Source: Klebsiella phage vB_Kpn_003_Koku. Taken from it: a stretch of DNA of 45,245 bases. A program made the position numbers and the translations under genes. Of this stretch, positions 1 through 8,728 are shown piece after piece (the first letter of the stretch is position 1; each line of letters opens with the position of its first letter). A model generated the notes under the pieces. That model searched no databases. It had not been told where the DNA came from and was given only the letters and a program-made list of their open reading frames with translations. The DNA is taken from the sequence record PV625052.1; one strand, given 5' to 3'.

Positions 1-59
1 AGGATAGCAGCCATCTCGTTATAGTTAACATTACCAGCACCGTCGGTAGCTTGCGTCAT
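1..59 (-). CDS. First 19 codons (MTQATDGAGNVNYNEMAAIL...) of the metallophosphoesterase gene. The ORF continues in frame across the window junction into 44345..45245.
   Basis: ATG at 59..57 sits behind an AAAGGGG Shine-Dalgarno. revcomp(1..59) plus revcomp(45239..45245) reads ...AAILSD-MPQQAP with no stop, in the same frame as ORF 44345..45238. Confidence 0.5.
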   Translation of the reverse strand, partial: MTQATDGAGNVNYNEMAAI

Positions 60-107
60 AGCCCCTTTGACATCTGAGTCTTTAAACAATGAGCGTAGCT
101 TACCCAC

Positions 108-509
108 TTAACCTCCCTTCTTTGCTGCATATGCAAGACGTGCCTTGCGATTGCGCGCCTCTCTTAACTCCGCAGGTGTCTTATGCTTGTGATACAAGCG
201 GTCAGTCTGCGGCACCTTGTGCTTTTCCCAATAGGCCAGGAGGTTCTTAATCCACTCAATGCGGAAGTGCAGACTGTTGCCAGCCTTACCATAGCCTTCC
301 ACCACGGATTTAACTTTACCCTCTGCCCCATTGCAACCTCGACAGATAACTGCCCGGCAGAAACCTGTGTCGTGGTCATGGTCAAGCACCCGGTTCTTGG
401 GCGCAACCGCCTTTAGGCTCCCGCCACACAGTGGGCATTTCCAGCCCTGAGCGTTAAGCAGTAAAAGCTTATACTCATCTACCTCTTTCTCTTTTAGCTT
501 GATAGCCAT
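108..509 (-). CDS. Endonuclease VII-family Holliday-junction resolvase
   Basis: A CPLCGG ... LDHDHDTGFCRAVICRGCN zinc-binding/HNH-like signature typical of the recombination endonuclease VII family. It lies directly downstream of the exonuclease gene, as in phiKMV/SP6-like phages. Confidence 0.75.
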   Translation of the reverse strand: MAIKLKEKEVDEYKLLLLNAQGWKCPLCGGSLKAVAPKNRVLDHDHDTGFCRAVICRGCNGAEGKVKSVVEGYGKAGNSLHFRIEWIKNLLAYWEKHKVPQTDRLYHKHKTPAELREARNRKARLAYAAKKGG

Positions 510-1528
510 GTGTCATCATTACCCCATGTCATGCGGCCTTTAGCTTCTCGCCAGATGTCACCAGGGTATTGCGCCATGTGAGCAAGTCGCCCACACTCCA
601 GCATCAGGTCAACAGCACGGCCTTCCTTGTAACCACCTCGGTAGTTCTTGAGGAGTACCGTGCCATCGCCGTAGTGCTTCTTGTAAGCCCCGAGCGTCGC
701 CATGAAGAGTTCTTTCTCATCACGACAGGTGTCCAATAGGTCGAAGGCAAACTTGGGTCCTTTCCGAGGAATGCCCTTGTAGTTATCGACGTTGTCACCT
801 ATGATCATCTGGGCATAGAAGAACTTAAGGCCAGCGCCTTTAAGGTCCTTGATTGAGCCGTCAGCTTTACGCCGCAACTCTAACCAACCCATTTCGTCAA
901 CCCATTTCAGCTCTGCACCTTTACCTGGTTGCAGATGCCAACCTGGGACGATCATCAAATCCTTGTCAGCAGACACAATGACTGTGTTGCTAAACTCACG
1001 ATGCATAGGTGACCCGATTACGAAGTCAGCCCCGGCCTCTTTCCGAAATGCATTGTGACCTTTCCACTGCTCGATAGACATCAGGTCATCCGCCTCATCA
1101 CCATCACTCACGATGGCAGAGTGGACAACCCGAAGGTGCTCCCTCATCTGATAGAAGAAAGGAGGCTTCTCCGAGGCACGACCGCCCTTGTACTCATCGG
1201 TGAATGCAAGGTTGATACGGAAGTTCTTAGGTGAGTCTGTCATGAATATCTTGGCAGCATCACACTTGGCACCACGCACCCACATGTTGAGTATGGAGTT
1301 AATACGGTCGCAGGCAGACTTGCATTCCGGTGTCTCTTCCAGGGTTGCGAACTGACCATGCTTGATACGGGTATTTGCCCGGACCCAGGTCAGCTCGCTG
1401 ATTGTATACCCTACGATGTACGGGAGCATGTCACCATCAATGAGGGCGACTCTGTTACCGTCAGTCGGCCACAGGATGAGGTTATCGTCCTCCGTGACCT
1501 CAGCTCCATATTCAAAGTGGACTCGCAT
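494..1528 (-). CDS. 5'-3' exonuclease (FEN/T7 gp6-like)
   Basis: ALIDGDML and VIVSADKDLMI motifs match the FEN-like 5'-3' exonuclease family. Likely start is Met32 of the track ORF (ATG 1528), preceded by a GAGGAGG Shine-Dalgarno; the track ORF itself extends to 1621. Confidence 0.8.
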   Translation of the reverse strand: MRVHFEYGAEVTEDDNLILWPTDGNRVALIDGDMLPYIVGYTISELTWVRANTRIKHGQFATLEETPECKSACDRINSILNMWVRGAKCDAAKIFMTDSPKNFRINLAFTDEYKGGRASEKPPFFYQMREHLRVVHSAIVSDGDEADDLMSIEQWKGHNAFRKEAGADFVIGSPMHREFSNTVIVSADKDLMIVPGWHLQPGKGAELKWVDEMGWLELRRKADGSIKDLKGAGLKFFYAQMIIGDNVDNYKGIPRKGPKFAFDLLDTCRDEKELFMATLGAYKKHYGDGTVLLKNYRGGYKEGRAVDLMLECGRLAHMAQYPGDIWREAKGRMTWGNDDTWLSS

Positions 1529-1734
1529 GTAGGCCAAGCCTCCTCTAAGTTCTTCTCTATCCATGCACCTATGAAGCGCGCCATGCGAATACGGCTGCAC
1601 GTAACCTCTGGTGGCACCCACAGTTTGCCATAAAGGTCCTGGGTTACCGTGTCATAGATATACACTGCGTGGCTTCTGGAGAAATCATCATAATGCATTT
1701 CGAAAGAAAGTGAGTTCAAGATATCACGGCTCAT
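1411..1734 (-). CDS. Hypothetical protein (107 aa)
   Basis: Its start overlaps the stop of the upstream gene in ATGA fashion. It would overlap the exonuclease 5' end, so its true extent is uncertain. Confidence 0.35.
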   Translation of the reverse strand: MSRDILNSLSFEMHYDDFSRSHAVYIYDTVTQDLYGKLWVPPEVTCSRIRMARFIGAWIEKNLEEAWPTCESTLNMELRSRRTITSSCGRLTVTESPSLMVTCSRTS

Positions 1735-2268
1735 TTATTTATCTCCAATGGATATCACGAAAATTAAGCCCGCCCAAGCATCAGGCTCAGACGGGCAGGT
1801 TGTTACTGCTTCGAAGGATAACACATCTTCCTCTTTGAATTTAATCACTGTGCCACCAGCGCGAATCTCCAGCACGTTGTATGCAGAGAAGCAGCGGTAG
1901 CCCTTACCATTGGTGAGGTTCACACTGATCAAATCATCGTGATGCGCAATAGTGCTGGCACCACCTTTCAGGTCCTTCTTAACGCCAGTGCGGCAGGTCA
2001 TCTCCATGAAGAACTCTGTATGCTCACTGTACATGAGCTGATCTTCTGGAGACAACTTCTTAAACTCAGAAGGCTTAATGTTGTCCTTGAAGTTGCACTC
2101 GGCTTGAAGGTCTGCACCGACACACACTCCAGATAAGACATAAGAAACCTTAGGCTCCTTGCGCTTGGCAATGACGGTGAAGATACGACCACCATTCTGA
2201 CGAATGATAGCCTTGACCAGCTCTTTACGATTGGTGTCACGTTGACGGATAGACATGTTACTCTCCAT
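1735..2268 (-). CDS. Hypothetical protein (177 aa)
   Basis: Long minus-strand ORF in the DNA-metabolism block. I see no recognisable motif. Confidence 0.5.
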   Translation of the reverse strand: MESNMSIRQRDTNRKELVKAIIRQNGGRIFTVIAKRKEPKVSYVLSGVCVGADLQAECNFKDNIKPSEFKKLSPEDQLMYSEHTEFFMEMTCRTGVKKDLKGGASTIAHHDDLISVNLTNGKGYRCFSAYNVLEIRAGGTVIKFKEEDVLSFEAVTTCPSEPDAWAGLIFVISIGDK

Positions 2269-2337
2269 TAATTAAGTAACAACCTTAGGTCAGGCCGAGG
2301 ATACCTGGCACTGACCTCGGGCAGTGATCAGATCGAA

Positions 2338-2709
2338 TTAATACTCTTCAGCTTCGGTAACCGGAGCAGCGGGCGCAGGCTCGGAGGCATCAGCTGCCGA
2401 CTCTTCCTGGGATTCTTCCACGGTCTTCACCGGCTTGCCAGCGGCAATCCAGTCGAGATACGCGGCGACCACGTTGGCCTTGCCCAGCTGGGCTTTGTCG
2501 GCCATGCCCGGGAATTGCGCTTGTGCGAACGCCAGGCCTTCCGCCAGGTTGCCCAGACCGTCGATCTTCGCCTGTGCCTCTTCCTGGGTGGCGTAGTCTT
2601 TGGTGCCAGCAACCAGCGCGCCGGAAGCGTCAACGATGATGAAAGAGGTTTCGGTGACCAGTTTGCCAGCTTTAACAACGCGGTTAGAAATAGTTTCGAT
2701 AGTAAACAT
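2338..2709 (-). CDS. Hypothetical small protein with an acidic C-terminal tail ending ...TEAEEY
   Basis: Minus-strand ORF directly downstream of phage promoter 2756..2775. Its C-terminus is acidic and ends EEY, like the primase-helicase and the 268-aa protein. Confidence 0.6.
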   Translation of the reverse strand: MFTIETISNRVVKAGKLVTETSFIIVDASGALVAGTKDYATQEEAQAKIDGLGNLAEGLAFAQAQFPGMADKAQLGKANVVAAYLDWIAAGKPVKTVEESQEESAADASEPAPAAPVTEAEEY

Positions 2710-2755
2710 TTATTGGTTCTCCATTTGGGTTGATTCGCAGAATTGCGGTTTACTC

Positions 2756-2775
2756 TTCTATACTCGCCACTATTA
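2756..2775 (-). promoter_or_regulatory. Phage RNAP promoter (minus-strand TAATAGTGGCGAGTATAGAAG)
   Basis: The plus strand reads ttctatactcgccactatta, one member of a family of at least 12. A hairpin, gccact-ttTAATAGTGGC, overlaps its upstream edge. Confidence 0.75.
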
Positions 2776-3008
2776 AAAGTGGCGGGATAAATTACAGGAA
2801 AGTGGTGATCTCTCGCACAGATGAGGCAGGCCAGGTTTTACCCTGACGTGCGCCGTCTTTGCCCAGATGATTAACGGTTACGAAGCCTTCGCGGGTGATG
2901 ATGTGGAGGTCATCGACACCAACCATGTCTCTCATCAAAGATGAAGTCGGTGGCATGTTGCCCGGTGGCTTCTTTCTTAAGGCTGGACACGAACGAATTT
3001 TACCTTCA

Positions 3009-3815
3009 TTAGTATTCCTCTCCTTCATCCATATCCGGCGCTGGCACGTTGTCAGCAGGCGGAACATCCTGGGCTGGCACAGTGGCACCAGTGTCCAGAG
3101 GTTTCTTATCGTCAGGCTTGGCATCTTTGTCTGCCGGAGCCTTCCATTTCGGGTCAGCTTCACGGGCAGCTGCAATGATTGCCTCGACGTGAGAACCAGG
3201 AACTGACAGGTTCTTGGCACCATGCTTGTGCTCAGACATGAAATACTGGCGAACCAGGTGTGCCGGGATTGCATCCAGGACTTCCTTGGTGATGTCGTTA
3301 AACTTGACATGACCAATAGTCTTGATGCCTTCCTCTTCCGCAGCGGAGAGGACCAGCTTAGCCAGCTTGCCAGTACAACCAGCGAAGCCCTTGCTTGCCC
3401 AGTTGACGTACAGCGGCAGACCGTCTTCACCCTTCTCATCCGAGCCCTTCATGTTGGCGATGAAAGGAACACCAATGCATTCATCAAATCCGCTGAGTTC
3501 TTCTTTCGGGTCCAGGGCGTTCATGAGCACAGTCAGCTCAGCCTTGTCGCCGGACTTGAGGCCTACAGCACGCCAGGCTTCCATGCGGGAGCCATCTTCG
3601 TTCAGGTCTTCGTCGCCCATAAGGATGGCCTGGAGAAGGACGTAGTTGACAGGCTTCTTCTCTTCACGAGTGGAGCCTTTAACAAAGACATCCTGGTAAC
3701 TGCCGACGTGAATAACCGCGCCGAGGATGGCATCATGGGGACCCACTTCGGGGTTCTTGAATACCTTACCGCCGCCAGTTGCTACGTCAGCACCAAAGTC
3801 AAAATCGCGAGCCAT
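3009..3815 (-). CDS. Putative ssDNA-binding / replisome accessory protein (a T7 gp2.5 analogue by position and tail). Function is tentative.
   Basis: 268-aa ORF with its own promoter. Its C-terminus is long and acidic (...APDMDEGEEY) and ends in an aromatic residue, as in T7 gp2.5 and gp4. The body of the protein shows no clear OB-fold motif. Confidence 0.5.
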   Translation of the reverse strand: MARDFDFGADVATGGGKVFKNPEVGPHDAILGAVIHVGSYQDVFVKGSTREEKKPVNYVLLQAILMGDEDLNEDGSRMEAWRAVGLKSGDKAELTVLMNALDPKEELSGFDECIGVPFIANMKGSDEKGEDGLPLYVNWASKGFAGCTGKLAKLVLSAAEEEGIKTIGHVKFNDITKEVLDAIPAHLVRQYFMSEHKHGAKNLSVPGSHVEAIIAAAREADPKWKAPADKDAKPDDKKPLDTGATVPAQDVPPADNVPAPDMDEGEEY

Positions 3816-3936
3816 TATATCTCCTATTCATTCAGGTTAGTATCTGTGGTGTCGCCAGGGTGTAGCCTCTCCCTACTTGCGCGCCTACTGTAGAAGTTGA
3901 CGACACTCAGATACCCACTCAAAGAGTGAGCACCTG

Positions 3937-3956
3937 TTCTATACTCGCCAGTATTA
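3937..3956 (-). promoter_or_regulatory. Phage RNAP promoter (variant ...CTGGCGAGTATAGAAC)
   Basis: The plus strand reads ttctatactcgccagtatta, the 'cagtatta' variant. It lies about 120 nt upstream of the 3815 start. Confidence 0.7.
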
Positions 3957-4331
3957 TCCGACAAGCTTATCCAGCTCAGAGGAGAGAGCAGCGCGGCGAG
4001 ACTTGAGGTCATCCGCGATTGCCTGGGATACTACAGCGATGCTTGCCTTCTTGATGTCGAAGGAAGAGTCCAGCTGTTTGCAGTCCTTGTCGTACTTGGC
4101 ATACAGCGCATCCAGGCCAGCCTGCAACTCATCTGCCAGCTTCTGCTTGGCCGCATAGTGATCGGTGTGCAGTGACACCATGTTCTCGCTGCGCTTCTCT
4201 TCGGCTTTTGCCAGGTCGATCTCGGTGCGGAACAGCTCAGCTTCCAGCTTAGAGATAAGCTTCTTGCGAATAGAAGTGCCTACCTTACGGAAGAACTGAG
4301 ATACAGAAACATAGGTATTGATTAAAGACAT
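3954..4331 (-). CDS. Hypothetical coiled-coil protein (125 aa)
   Basis: ORF rich in K/E/L heptad-like sequence (LEAELFRTEIDLAKAEEKRSE...), directly downstream of promoter 4362..4381. Confidence 0.55.
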   Translation of the reverse strand: MSLINTYVSVSQFFRKVGTSIRKKLISKLEAELFRTEIDLAKAEEKRSENMVSLHTDHYAAKQKLADELQAGLDALYAKYDKDCKQLDSSFDIKKASIAVVSQAIADDLKSRRAALSSELDKLVG

Positions 4332-4361
4332 TTATTAGATCTCCAGGTTAAGTTTGTATTC

Positions 4362-4381
4362 TTCTATACTCGCCACTATTA
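4362..4381 (-). promoter_or_regulatory. Phage RNAP promoter
   Basis: The plus strand reads ttctatactcgccactatta; the start codon at 4331 follows about 30 nt downstream. Confidence 0.75.
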
Positions 4382-4600
4382 ACTCCAATCGGCGGCAACT
4401 TCTCTTGCCTTCGCTATTCCAGAAACCATTGCTTCCAGGATGTCTTCCTGAGAGGACTTTCTTTCAAGGCATACGTGGTTTCGATACACGGCTGGGCCAA
4501 GGAATACCTCTGATATCACCCTTGCACTGGTGTCTTCGAAGATAGCCACATCAACAACGATATCATCTTTTGTTTTGTACATCTTCTGGAACAAGAACAT
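4379..4600 (-). CDS. Hypothetical protein (73 aa)
   Basis: ORF preceded by GAGG-N5-ATG and by the duplicated promoter-leader module 4604..4674. Confidence 0.5.
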   Translation of the reverse strand: MFLFQKMYKTKDDIVVDVAIFEDTSARVISEVFLGPAVYRNHVCLERKSSQEDILEAMVSGIAKAREVAADWS

Positions 4601-4654
4601 AATAACCTCATTAATTTACGGGTATACAATTGAGGGCCAATGAATGACCCTCTG

Positions 4655-4674
4655 TTCTATACTCGCCAGTATTA
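4655..4674 (-). promoter_or_regulatory. Phage RNAP promoter ('cagtatta' variant); its TAA doubles as the DNA polymerase stop codon
   Basis: The plus strand reads ttctatactcgccagtatta, and tta 4672..4674 is the DNAP stop codon. About 50 nt of downstream leader is duplicated at 44243..44327. Confidence 0.75.
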
Positions 4675-7212
4675 GTGCGTTTCCGCCCAAGATTGACCAA
4701 TCTTATACTCACCTGCCATAGGGCAACGCATCTTAAGATACTGCCCAGCCCAGGTCATCGCCTCGGCAATGATTTGCCCTGCACGATGGTACTTACGGCG
4801 GCACTTAATATGGTCATCTTCCACGGATACAAGTGCTGCTGCTGACCACATTCGTCCATCCGCATCGATATGGATTCGCTTCTCCTCTGGGTCGAATGCT
4901 GCTTTGATTGCAGCCTTCTCAGTATCGAAGCCTTCCCTGGTGAACGGGATATCATAATCAAGTACGAGGACTTCATCTTCTGGAACCTCCATCTGAATCT
5001 CATCGTGGACGTTAGCCACGCCAGCAGGGTGCCCATCTGCATCCAAAGCCACACCCTCTCGGCGCATCACCGCAAAGGCCTTGACCGCTGCATACTTCAT
5101 ACACAGCGAGCCAGTCATTTGAAGCAGAACGTTCAGCATGGTATGCTCCTTGAGCACCCCGCCTTTGGAACGGATACGACCCCAATGCCCATCAGGGGCC
5201 TGTAGGTAGCCGTAGTTATTACCTGCTGCTATGACTGACTCGCGCAGACGTGCCAACGATGGCAACTCAATCTCGAAGCGTGCAACAACCTCACGCATGA
5301 CCTTCTCGGTGACACCACAGACCGCTGCCAGGTTGGCTATGCCAGAGCCATAAAGGAAGGCATAGATAAAGGTCTTAGCCATGTCACGCTTAGGCAGGCC
5401 TGCCTTTAACTGGTTATGTGTGTGGATGTCTCCGTGCAGAACAATCTCTTGGTACTCTGGGTCATTCATAAAGTGACTGAGGACTCGAAGCTCTAGCCCT
5501 GCACCATCGCACCCCAGGATGAGCTTACCTTTCCCTGCGATAAATAGGTCACGCAGAGGGAAAAGACCACGAGCGGGGATATTAACAACATTACGGTGGC
5601 GCATGCGAAAAGTAGAGGTCCCAATACTGATAGCCACTGCTGGAACTCGCCACTCAGAGTCGTCCTTATCAGACGTAGGCCAATACCCAAACCTTTCATA
5701 GTAGGTCTGCGCACTTATGCCAAGCTCTTTTGAGAAGGCTGCTGGCACAAGGCCACGACACTTTCTCTTACCAGCCTGCGAGGGCCAGATCCCCTTTTCC
5801 TTGAAGGCTTCAACGTCACCACGGTTGAGGATCTGACCACGACGGGATACGAGTATGTACCATCGCGCGATACCCAGGCACCAATCAGGGACTGTTTTAC
5901 CATCACGTGCGGCTGCTTCCTGCCATACCTTAATGGATTTTTCATTGATCTTACCACTCCAGGGTTTGGGTAGTTCGTTGTGCTCATCAATATAAGCTTG
6001 GTCGGTGTCATTGAACTCCACACCTCGCCACCCATACTGATAGATAATTTCCTTTACAGTGTCCCGGTTACCTAGGGGGATGTCCTCAAAGGTGACTGGC
6101 GTGTAAGGGCCAATATGCTTGATGCTGGGCGTATCGTTTCGATTCCCTCGGATGTGTGGGTAATCTTTCTTGACAGCAGCAGCCCAATCACCAGACTTAG
6201 TGGTGACGGACCATACAGTCTTCCTATCACCCCTACGTTCGGAGTACAGGAACGCCGTGTCCCCGAGACGTACAGGGATTCCATTTGACCTCGCCCACTC
6301 GTTAGCCGCAGCAACATATTCATTCTTCTCCTCTTGCTTAAAAGGTTTGGACTTGATACGCATCGGCATGTGCGGGCGGAAGCCTGCATCTGTGGCATCA
6401 ATCTCTTTATCCAGGATGGCGCAGCGCTCGATTGCCTTGTCGATGTCCAAGCGGAACCCACGTTCAGCCTGCCTGGTCATTTCCAGAGCAACTATGGATT
6501 CCATGTGGAACGCAGTCTCGATACCCAGCTTGGTCCTCGGGTTAAGACCGCGAGCCTTATGCTCCTTCCATTCGCCATTAAACAGCCAGAGGAACAGGTC
6601 ACGACCGATTGCCACGTCTTCCCTTACACGGTGTACCATGTGATCGGTCAGTTTGCTCCAATCTTCGTTCTCTGGCTTATAGCGACCGATACGTATACCG
6701 TGTGCCTCGATGGAGTGAGGCCCTACGTTACCCAAGCCTTTGGCGTAGGCCTGCGGTGGCAGTCTTCGGTCTGGATTGAGAAGACGGGACATCACCAGGG
6801 TGTCCATCACCTTTACAGGGCAAAGGTCAGAGCGATACGCCGACTTACCACGCTTCTCTGTGTGGTTGTACCCCTTGAAGATGGCAGGGAACGCCTTCTC
6901 CATTAAGAGGCCATCGTAGCCTAGCCAGTTTTGTGAGATGATAGCATCTGCATACCGAAGGAAATTCACGCCATCTTCGAGACTACCATCTTGATGCCCC
7001 TCCCACTCCACCAGGCGCTCCCTGGCTTCTGGGTCCCTGTCTTCATACGCATTGAAGAATAGGAACTCCTCTGTGGTAATAAGGTCCATGCAGCAAATGA
7101 TATGCACATCATGGTTGCCTTTGTCATATCGGATTGCATCAAGTAAACCCTTGGCCTCCGCATCCATAACCAGGAGACGGCCTTGGCCTGCTTTCTTCCA
7201 ATCAATTGTCAT
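4672..7212 (-). CDS. DNA polymerase, family A (T7 gp5-like), with an N-terminal 3'-5' exonuclease domain
   Basis: 846 aa. Motif B reads RDMAKTFIYAFLYGSG and motif C reads VHDEIQMEV. The exonuclease region (DAEAKGLL...) sits at the N-terminus. Confidence 0.9.
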   Translation of the reverse strand: MTIDWKKAGQGRLLVMDAEAKGLLDAIRYDKGNHDVHIICCMDLITTEEFLFFNAYEDRDPEARERLVEWEGHQDGSLEDGVNFLRYADAIISQNWLGYDGLLMEKAFPAIFKGYNHTEKRGKSAYRSDLCPVKVMDTLVMSRLLNPDRRLPPQAYAKGLGNVGPHSIEAHGIRIGRYKPENEDWSKLTDHMVHRVREDVAIGRDLFLWLFNGEWKEHKARGLNPRTKLGIETAFHMESIVALEMTRQAERGFRLDIDKAIERCAILDKEIDATDAGFRPHMPMRIKSKPFKQEEKNEYVAAANEWARSNGIPVRLGDTAFLYSERRGDRKTVWSVTTKSGDWAAAVKKDYPHIRGNRNDTPSIKHIGPYTPVTFEDIPLGNRDTVKEIIYQYGWRGVEFNDTDQAYIDEHNELPKPWSGKINEKSIKVWQEAAARDGKTVPDWCLGIARWYILVSRRGQILNRGDVEAFKEKGIWPSQAGKRKCRGLVPAAFSKELGISAQTYYERFGYWPTSDKDDSEWRVPAVAISIGTSTFRMRHRNVVNIPARGLFPLRDLFIAGKGKLILGCDGAGLELRVLSHFMNDPEYQEIVLHGDIHTHNQLKAGLPKRDMAKTFIYAFLYGSGIANLAAVCGVTEKVMREVVARFEIELPSLARLRESVIAAGNNYGYLQAPDGHWGRIRSKGGVLKEHTMLNVLLQMTGSLCMKYAAVKAFAVMRREGVALDADGHPAGVANVHDEIQMEVPEDEVLVLDYDIPFTREGFDTEKAAIKAAFDPEEKRIHIDADGRMWSAAALVSVEDDHIKCRRKYHRAGQIIAEAMTWAGQYLKMRCPMAGEYKIGQSWAETH

Positions 7213-7213
7213 G

Positions 7214-7528
7214 TCACCACCTTAATACTGTAAATGAGAGAATCTTATAGCCAACTTGATCTTCAAGTCGCCACAAATCATCTTCCGTAAGAGAGTCATG
7301 CTCCATTTCGAAATACTCTACCACTGTATCAATGTGACCAGAGGCTGTGATGTAGGTAACTAATATCTTAAATACCTTCATAGGCACCATCCGGTATGTC
7401 ATCAATTGGACGCGGCTTGTTTTGGAAGCGGTCATAATAATCCCAATCTGAATCCCATTCGATACGCATAATTTTACCCTCATGCAATTAATATGATAAT
7501 AGGCTGTCCAACACGTTGGACAACCCAT
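7214..7528 (-). CDS. Hypothetical protein (104 aa)
   Basis: ORF between the DNAP and primase genes. Its first codons are encoded by palindrome copy 7504..7523, so the start is uncertain. Confidence 0.4.
   Translation of the reverse strand: MGCPTCWTAYYHINCMRVKLCVSNGIQIGIIMTASKTSRVQLMTYRMVPMKVFKILVTYITASGHIDTVVEYFEMEHDSLTEDDLWRLEDQVGYKILSFTVLRW
7504..7523. repeat. 20-bp palindrome TTGTCCAACRYGTTGGACAA (copy 1 of 7)
   Basis: TTGTCCAACGTGTTGGACA on the minus strand, followed by GCC. Confidence 0.8.
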
Positions 7529-7534
7529 GACTTA

Positions 7535-7840
7535 TTAACTACGCCGCCGCGTGCGGGTCACCTTGGTTCCCATGTAGATACATTTGCTAGGCTCTGCATG
7601 CACCTCATCAATGACCTGCGCCTGCGTCAGGCTGTTCTCTTTGGCAACCTTGCGGGTCAGCTCAGCAAACAACATGGCCTGGCTGGTGATATGGCTCTGG
7701 GCCATCTCGTTACCTTCGATGTGCCGGAGGGATACCTTGTTAGACATGGAACACCCCCACGATACGACCACGATTGTTAAGGCGATACCAGTTTGCGATC
7801 TTCCACTTACTGGAATAATCCCGGAAGGACACCCGCTCAA
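7535..7840 (-). CDS. Hypothetical protein; the likely start is the internal Met at about 7747, giving about 70 aa
   Basis: The track ORF opens with a non-ATG codon. The internal MSNKVSLRH start avoids overlap with the upstream gene. Confidence 0.4.
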   Translation of the reverse strand: MSGCPSGIIPVSGRSQTGIALTIVVVSWGCSMSNKVSLRHIEGNEMAQSHITSQAMLFAELTRKVAKENSLTQAQVIDEVHAEPSKCIYMGTKVTRTRRRS

Positions 7841-8030
7841 GCCACTTCACACCGAAACTAAGCATCCGCTTAGTGTCTTCCATAGATTCGGCAATGGTGC
7901 CGCCGTAAGGCGTGATGAGGTGATACCGGAGCTTCCCGTTACGGAGTTTTACGATGTAACCTTTCATTCTACGTACACCTCTTCTGTGACGATAGGGTTG
8001 AATGTGATTGTGCAATCTTGCCTGTTGCAA
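7740..8030 (-). CDS. Hypothetical protein; the likely start is the internal Met at about 7967, giving about 75 aa
   Basis: The ATG of MKGYIVKL overlaps the stop of the 233-aa gene (ATGA). Confidence 0.4.
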   Translation of the reverse strand: MQQARLHNHIQPYRHRRGVRRMKGYIVKLRNGKLRYHLITPYGGTIAESMEDTKRMLSFGVKWLERVSFRDYSSKWKIANWYRLNNRGRIVGVFHV

Positions 8031-8665
8031 GTGAAGCCATGCTTCTTCCCAATAACATCCAGGATTGTATGGAAAAAGTTATCATTTGAACGATGAGGGG
8101 TGCTTGTCCCTTCATTAAACACGTGATCTGCGTTCCGGTAAGAGATGGCTTTACCTGGGCTGCACATGGCAAGGCCAACAATGTGGTAAGCAATGCCTGT
8201 GCTACGACCAGTTGCTCGGGTGTTGAACTCAACAAGCCCGCGTGCCGGACCCAGCTCCTTGACCATCTCACTTTGTGTCTTACCAGTGATGACATTGACA
8301 CGCTCACGGCGTAGCACCTTGCGCTTACCTGGGCGCTGCAAACCAGAGACGTCGCAAATGGCACGCAGCATGGTGCTACGAGAATCTGGAGTCATCAGGG
8401 AGGCATCTCGGTAAGCTGTGCCATAATCCAGCTGGGTTGGCGTCTGCGAGCCAGCAATTAACTCCAGGTAAATATGCGCCCTATGTGCATCGTAAGATTG
8501 CATCATGCCGTTGTCATAAACAACATGATATTCCCTGGCACTGGCATCCAGACTTGGAGTGCCGTGGTAAGATACGTCGTGAACAACACCCTGGCAACCC
8601 CGGCGCTTTGACATCTTATTGATATTACGAACGCGATCACCCACCTTCAACTTTAATACAATCAT
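7964..8665 (-). CDS. Hypothetical protein (233 aa), flanked on both sides by the 20-bp palindrome
   Basis: ORF with a GAGG Shine-Dalgarno. The N-terminus (KVGDRVR...) resembles a small beta-barrel. No catalytic motif is recognisable. Confidence 0.55.
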   Translation of the reverse strand: MIVLKLKVGDRVRNINKMSKRRGCQGVVHDVSYHGTPSLDASAREYHVVYDNGMMQSYDAHRAHIYLELIAGSQTPTQLDYGTAYRDASLMTPDSRSTMLRAICDVSGLQRPGKRKVLRRERVNVITGKTQSEMVKELGPARGLVEFNTRATGRSTGIAYHIVGLAMCSPGKAISYRNADHVFNEGTSTPHRSNDNFFHTILDVIGKKHGFTCNRQDCTITFNPIVTEEVYVE

Positions 8666-8695
8666 GTTAACCTCGATTCATTAAGTAAGTTAGGC

Positions 8696-8715
8696 TTGTC
8701 CAACACGTTGGACAA
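8696..8715. repeat. 20-bp palindrome TTGTCCAACACGTTGGACAA (copy 2)
   Basis: Perfect copy, lying between the primase-helicase stop and the start of the 233-aa gene. Confidence 0.85.
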
Positions 8716-8728
8716 ACCCTGTTAGACA

